Of a DNA stretch of 52,123 nt, positions 48,251 through 52,123 are shown in pieces (within the stretch, counting starts at the first letter, position 1; each line of letters starts with the position of its first letter). Below the pieces are notes generated by a model. It did no database searches and was not told the DNA's origin. It saw nothing but the letters and a program-made list of their open reading frames with translations. The DNA comes from Nocardioides sp. (GTDB lineage Bacteria > Actinomycetota > Actinomycetes > Propionibacteriales > Nocardioidaceae): NCBI RefSeq assembly GCF_035703625.1, contig NZ_DASSXS010000211.1, positions 1 through 52,123 on the forward strand, read 5' to 3'. The position numbers and the translations under genes were made by a program.

Positions 48251-49509
48251 CCACGACGACCGCAGCCCCACGCGTCGGGGTCTGGTCCGAAGCGGGCAGG
48301 CTCCGACGCGTGATGGTCTGCTCTCCGGGGCTCGCCCACCTGCGGCTGACCCCGGACAACTGCGACTCGTTGCTCTTCGACGACGTCCTCTGGGTCAGCC
48401 AGGCCCGGCGTGACCACTTCGACTTCTCCGCCAAGATGCGGGACCGAGGGGTCGAGGTGCTCGAGATGCTCGACCTGCTGGCCGATGTCGTCCGTGATCC
48501 GCGTGGGAGGGCGTGGGTGCTCGACCGTCGCATCACGGAGGCGCAGGTGGGATCTGGCCTCGTCGAGCCGGTTCGGGCCTGGCTCGACGAGCTGCCGGCC
48601 GAGAACCTGGCGGAGTACATGATCGGCGGCCTCTCCTTCGATGAGGTTCCCGACGACGCCGGCGGGCCGTTCCTGACGGCACTGCGTTCCCAGGAGGACT
48701 ATCCGTTCCTCCTGCCGCCACTCCCCAACACCCAGTTCACACGTGACAACAGCTCGTGGGTGTTCCAGGGGGTGACCCTGAACCCGATGCACTGGCCGGT
48801 ACGTCGGCAGGAGACGCTCCTGACCGCGGCGATCTACCGGTTCCACCCGGCCTTCTCGGACGAGGACTTCCCCGTCTGGTTCGGTGACCCCGAGCAGCGA
48901 CCGATCGACCAGGGCGCCGCCACCATCGAGGGCGGCGACGTGATGCCGATCGGTCACGGAACGTTGGTCGTCGGCATGGGCGAGCGCACCTCGCAGCAGG
49001 CCGTGACCCAGCTGGCCCGGTCACTGTTCAAGGCAGACGCCGTCGAGCGCGTCATCATGGCCTGCCTGCCGCGCTCGCGAGCGGCGATGCATCTCGACAC
49101 CGTGTTCACCTTCTGCGACCGCGACGTCGTCACCGCCTTCGCGCCGGTCGTGGACCGGATCAACACCCTGGTTCTCCACCGGGACGACGCCAGTCCGACC
49201 GGGATGGCCATCCGCCAGGAGGACCGGCCCTTCGTCGATGTCGTCGCCGAGGCCCTCGGTGTGCGGCTGCGCGTCGTCCCCACCGGCGGAGACAGGTGGG
49301 GTGCCCGGCGCGAGCAGTGGGACGACGGGAACAACGTGCTGGCGATCGAGCCCGGCGTCGTCATGGGCTACGACCGCAACACCTACACGAACACCCTGCT
49401 GCGCAAGGCCGGCGTCGAGGTCATCACCATCGACGCCAGCGAGCTCGGCCGCGGCCGGGGAGGCGGTCGTTGCATGAGCTGCCCGATCCTGCGCGACCCG
49501 ATCGACTGA
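48247..49509 (+). CDS. arcA: Arginine deiminase
   Basis: [54 protein letters not shown]; ATGA overlap with arcD. Confidence 0.97.
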   Translation: MTTTTAAPRVGVWSEAGRLRRVMVCSPGLAHLRLTPDNCDSLLFDDVLWVSQARRDHFDFSAKMRDRGVEVLEMLDLLADVVRDPRGRAWVLDRRITEAQVGSGLVEPVRAWLDELPAENLAEYMIGGLSFDEVPDDAGGPFLTALRSQEDYPFLLPPLPNTQFTRDNSSWVFQGVTLNPMHWPVRRQETLLTAAIYRFHPAFSDEDFPVWFGDPEQRPIDQGAATIEGGDVMPIGHGTLVVGMGERTSQQAVTQLARSLFKADAVERVIMACLPRSRAAMHLDTVFTFCDRDVVTAFAPVVDRINTLVLHRDDASPTGMAIRQEDRPFVDVVAEALGVRLRVVPTGGDRWGARREQWDDGNNVLAIEPGVVMGYDRNTYTNTLLRKAGVEVITIDASELGRGRGGGRCMSCPILRDPID

Positions 49510-49520
49510 GGGAGTCCCGG

Positions 49521-50828
49521 TCAGCGAGCAGGGCGTTCGTCGACGATGCGTCGCATCTTTCCCACGGATCGTTCGATCGAGGCCGGTTCGACGACCCGCA
49601 CCGCCACCGAGACGCCGATCGACCGCTTGACCAGACCCTCGAGATGTCGCCCGGCGTCCGACGCAGCCTCGACGGGCGTCGCTCCGCGCCGTTCGACCAT
49701 CACGGTCATCGAGTCGAGGTGGCCTTCTCGCTGCAGGACGCACTGGAAGTGCGGGGACAGCTCGGGAGTGGCGAGGATCAGCTCCTCGATCTGGGTCGGG
49801 AACAGGTTCACGCCGCGCAGGATGACCATGTCGTCGGTCCGGCCGGTGATCTTCTCGATACGCCGCATGGAGCGAGCCGTGCCGGGCAGCAGCCTGGTCA
49901 GGTCGCGGGTCCGGTACCGGATGACGGGCATGGCCTCCTTCGTCAGCGACGTGAGGACCAGCTCTCCCTCCTCCCCGTCGGGCAGCACCTCGCCGGTGAC
50001 GGGGTCGATGACCTCCGGGTAGAAGTGGTCCTCCCACAGGTGCAGGCCGTCCTTGGTCTCCACGCACTCGCTGGCGACGCCGGGGCCGATCACCTCCGAC
50101 AGCCCGTAGATGTCGACCGCGTGCATGTCGAGCCGCTCCTCGAGCTCGTGCCGCATGTCGTTCGTCCACGGCTCGGCGCCGAAGATCCCCACCTTCAGCG
50201 AGGTCGAGCGCGGGTCGACGCCCTGCCGCTCCATCTCGTCGACCAACGAGAGCATGTACGACGGCGTCACCATGATGATGTCCGGCTCGAAGTCCTTGAT
50301 CAGCTGGACCTGCCGCTCGGTCATGCCGCCGGAGACGGGAATGACCGTGCAACCCAGGAGCTCGGCACCGTAGTGCGCACCGAGGCCGCCGGTGAAGAGG
50401 CCGTAGCCGTAGGCGTTGTGCAGGATGTGCCCCCGCCGCCCACCGGCTGCCCTGATGCTGCGGGCGACGACCCGGGCCCAGGTGTCGAGGTCCCTGGCCG
50501 TGTAGCCGACGACGGTCGGCTTGCCCGTCGTACCAGAGGATGCGTGCACGCGCGCGACTTGCTCCCGCGCAACCGCGAACATGCCGAAGGGATAGTTCGC
50601 ACGGAGGTCCGCCTTCGTGGTGAAGGGCAGCTTCGCCAGGTCCCCCAGCGTCTTGACGTGGCCGGGATGCACACCAGCGGCCTCGAACGACGCACGGTAG
50701 TGCGGGACGTGGGCGTAGGCGTGCCGCAACGACCACACCATCCGCTCCGTCTGGAGCGCCCGCAGCTCGTCGATCGATGCCGTCTCGATCGGCTCGAGGT
50801 CTCCCGGACGGGGGCTGAGGTCTTCCAC
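49521..50828 (-). CDS. paaK: Phenylacetate-CoA ligase
   Basis: LPFTTKADLR.NYPFG, HASSGTTGKPTVVGY, YGYGLFTGGLGAHYG, FGAEPW, DIYGLSE; GTG 50828 with AAGGAG RBS. Confidence 0.96.
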   Translation of the reverse strand: MEDLSPRPGDLEPIETASIDELRALQTERMVWSLRHAYAHVPHYRASFEAAGVHPGHVKTLGDLAKLPFTTKADLRANYPFGMFAVAREQVARVHASSGTTGKPTVVGYTARDLDTWARVVARSIRAAGGRRGHILHNAYGYGLFTGGLGAHYGAELLGCTVIPVSGGMTERQVQLIKDFEPDIIMVTPSYMLSLVDEMERQGVDPRSTSLKVGIFGAEPWTNDMRHELEERLDMHAVDIYGLSEVIGPGVASECVETKDGLHLWEDHFYPEVIDPVTGEVLPDGEEGELVLTSLTKEAMPVIRYRTRDLTRLLPGTARSMRRIEKITGRTDDMVILRGVNLFPTQIEELILATPELSPHFQCVLQREGHLDSMTVMVERRGATPVEAASDAGRHLEGLVKRSIGVSVAVRVVEPASIERSVGKMRRIVDERPAR

Positions 50829-51037
50829 GACTGGCTCTCCTTGCTCGACCTGCGCTGCGGGCCCTGCCGCCGCGCCCTCCGGCACGAGTGCACACGGTCG
50901 GCGGGCGCGACCCGGTACGCCGGCGCACTCCATCTCGGGGGTCGCCGATCCGTCACCTACCTCGAGCGAACGTTAGATCCACGGGCAGGTCAACAGGCCA
51001 GGCCACGCGATCGGGCGACCGCCCAGCGGTCGGAGGG

Positions 51038-51598
51038 TCAGGGGCGCTCGGGTCGACGTCCACCTGGAGTGGGAGGTGCCTGACCAGCCGACCACAGCTG
51101 CTCCGGAATGCCTCCGTGCCGGGCCACCAGCTCGTCGAGCATCTGCTGCCGGACCTCGATGAGGACCGTCGCGTCCGCCACGGACATCGAATGTCCCAGC
51201 GCCCGGCCGGACACGACCCACGCCGTCCACAGCTCCGCCTCCACCCCCGAGAGCCCACGTGGGAGCGCCGGGCCACGCCGGCGGAGCCGGCACCACCTCA
51301 CACACGGCGGTGAGGTCACGCCCAGCAGGAGCACCCCTGCGAACCAGAACCGCCCGAACACGAGGAAGGGCAGGACGAGTCCAAGGACGGCCACGGCACC
51401 GAGCCCCGCGCTGCGGAGGACGGCGCGGCCGAGGTCGGTCTCGGGCAGGGTTTCCGACGAGAGTCGGCCGCCGACACCCATGAGGGCTCCGAGTGCGCCG
51501 ACCGAGATGACCAGGGCCGTCACCGACCCGGGCGGCGATGTGGCCAGGCCGCCGAGCAGGCCGACGGTGCCTGCGGTCCCGCACACCAGCCACCACAT
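51038..51598 (-). CDS. Hypothetical membrane protein
   Basis: GAGGTG RBS; about 4 TM segments, then TSP and a helical C-terminus EL..AW..S...L...RQ..LDEL. Confidence 0.75.
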   Translation of the reverse strand: MWWLVCGTAGTVGLLGGLATSPPGSVTALVISVGALGALMGVGGRLSSETLPETDLGRAVLRSAGLGAVAVLGLVLPFLVFGRFWFAGVLLLGVTSPPCVRWCRLRRRGPALPRGLSGVEAELWTAWVVSGRALGHSMSVADATVLIEVRQQMLDELVARHGGIPEQLWSAGQAPPTPGGRRPERP

Positions 51599-51683
51599 GG
51601 GGTCACCTCACCGACAGTCGCGGTGGACGCTCCCGATCGCGATCGAACTCCTCCAGCCTGACGCGCGACCCTCGCGGGTTGCA

Positions 51684-51697
51684 GGGCACTTGGTCCC
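51684..51697. promoter_or_regulatory. DosR-like box upstream of the membrane protein gene
   Basis: GGGCACTTGGTCCC (reverse GGGACCAAGTGCCC, 12/14 match to GGGACCAACGGCCC). Confidence 0.55.
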
Positions 51698-51970
51698 GAG
51701 GGCGTCGTCCGACCGGCCCGGAAGCACCACGAACCAAGGGCGCTCCCAGACCGCTCAGGGTCAGCGGCGGACGAGGACCCGGGACAGGAAGCCCCCGGAG
51801 TGACACCCGGCCTCCGGGTGACCGGGACAGCGGTCGGCACGGGGCACCTGGCCTTCCCCTCGGAGCTGGCTGCCGACGTCTCCACCAAGGGCCGGGGACG
51901 TTCCCACCTGTGGGCCGGCCCCCGGCTCTCGCTGGCTCATGCTCGTCCACGGGCCAGGAGACCGTGACGA

Positions 51971-52001
51971 GCGATCCGCGATCCGCGATCCGCGATCCGC
52001 G
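51971..52001. repeat. Heptamer tandem repeat (GCGATCC)4
   Basis: Directly visible in non-coding DNA. Confidence 0.92.
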
Positions 52002-52123
52002 GCCCGCCAGCCGGGCATGCGACACCGCCGCGCCCCCGCCGTGGACGGCAACCGGATGCTCGCGTCCAGCGATTGCCCCGTGACGCGCGTCAGCCGTCGA
52101 CCTGATCGGCCAGGAGCAGATCC

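Noticed and set aside
150-51083. Numerous long Arg/Pro/Gly-rich or antisense ORFs in the six-frame track
   Set aside because: Expected shadow ORFs at ~70% GC; they overlap well-supported genes and show no family motifs.
52090-52123. Possible 3' end of a minus-strand gene (DLLLADQVDG-stop)
   Set aside because: Only 10 codons inside the window; cannot be assigned.

Overview
High-GC actinobacterial chromosomal segment (gene content and codon style suggest a Nocardioides-like organism; inference). There are two interleaved themes. (1) Flanking blocks (about 3.9-14.6 kb and 35.6-51.7 kb) hold typical hypoxia/dormancy-type genes: a CBS protein, a GNAT/acyl-CoA ligase fusion, ADH, flavodoxin, TreT-like glycosyltransferase, an sqr/TusE-like/DsrE2 sulfur trio, USP, beta-CASP hydrolase, DUF4010 protein and arcDA. 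Their promoters repeatedly carry a DosR/OsdR-like 14-bp palindrome (GGGACCAACGGCCC). (2) A pentose block of about 21 kb (14.8-35.5 kb) holds araPQN, GH51, GH120, xylAB, araBDA, a ROK repressor and a lower Weimberg-type operon (xylD, xylX-like, KGSA dehydrogenase, Zn-dehydrogenase). The most unusual signal is that many 'intergenic' spacers are decayed gene fragments, four of them paralogous to genes intact elsewhere in this window (xylA, usp, sqr, a membrane protein). Three are promoter plus 5'-end stubs. The clearest is a duplicated xylA promoter, operator, RBS and 53-codon stub sitting in front of, and apparently translationally coupled to, the araPQN-abfA operon. No rRNA, tRNA, CRISPR array, integrase or transposase was recognised. 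Family calls come from remembered motifs, not database searches.
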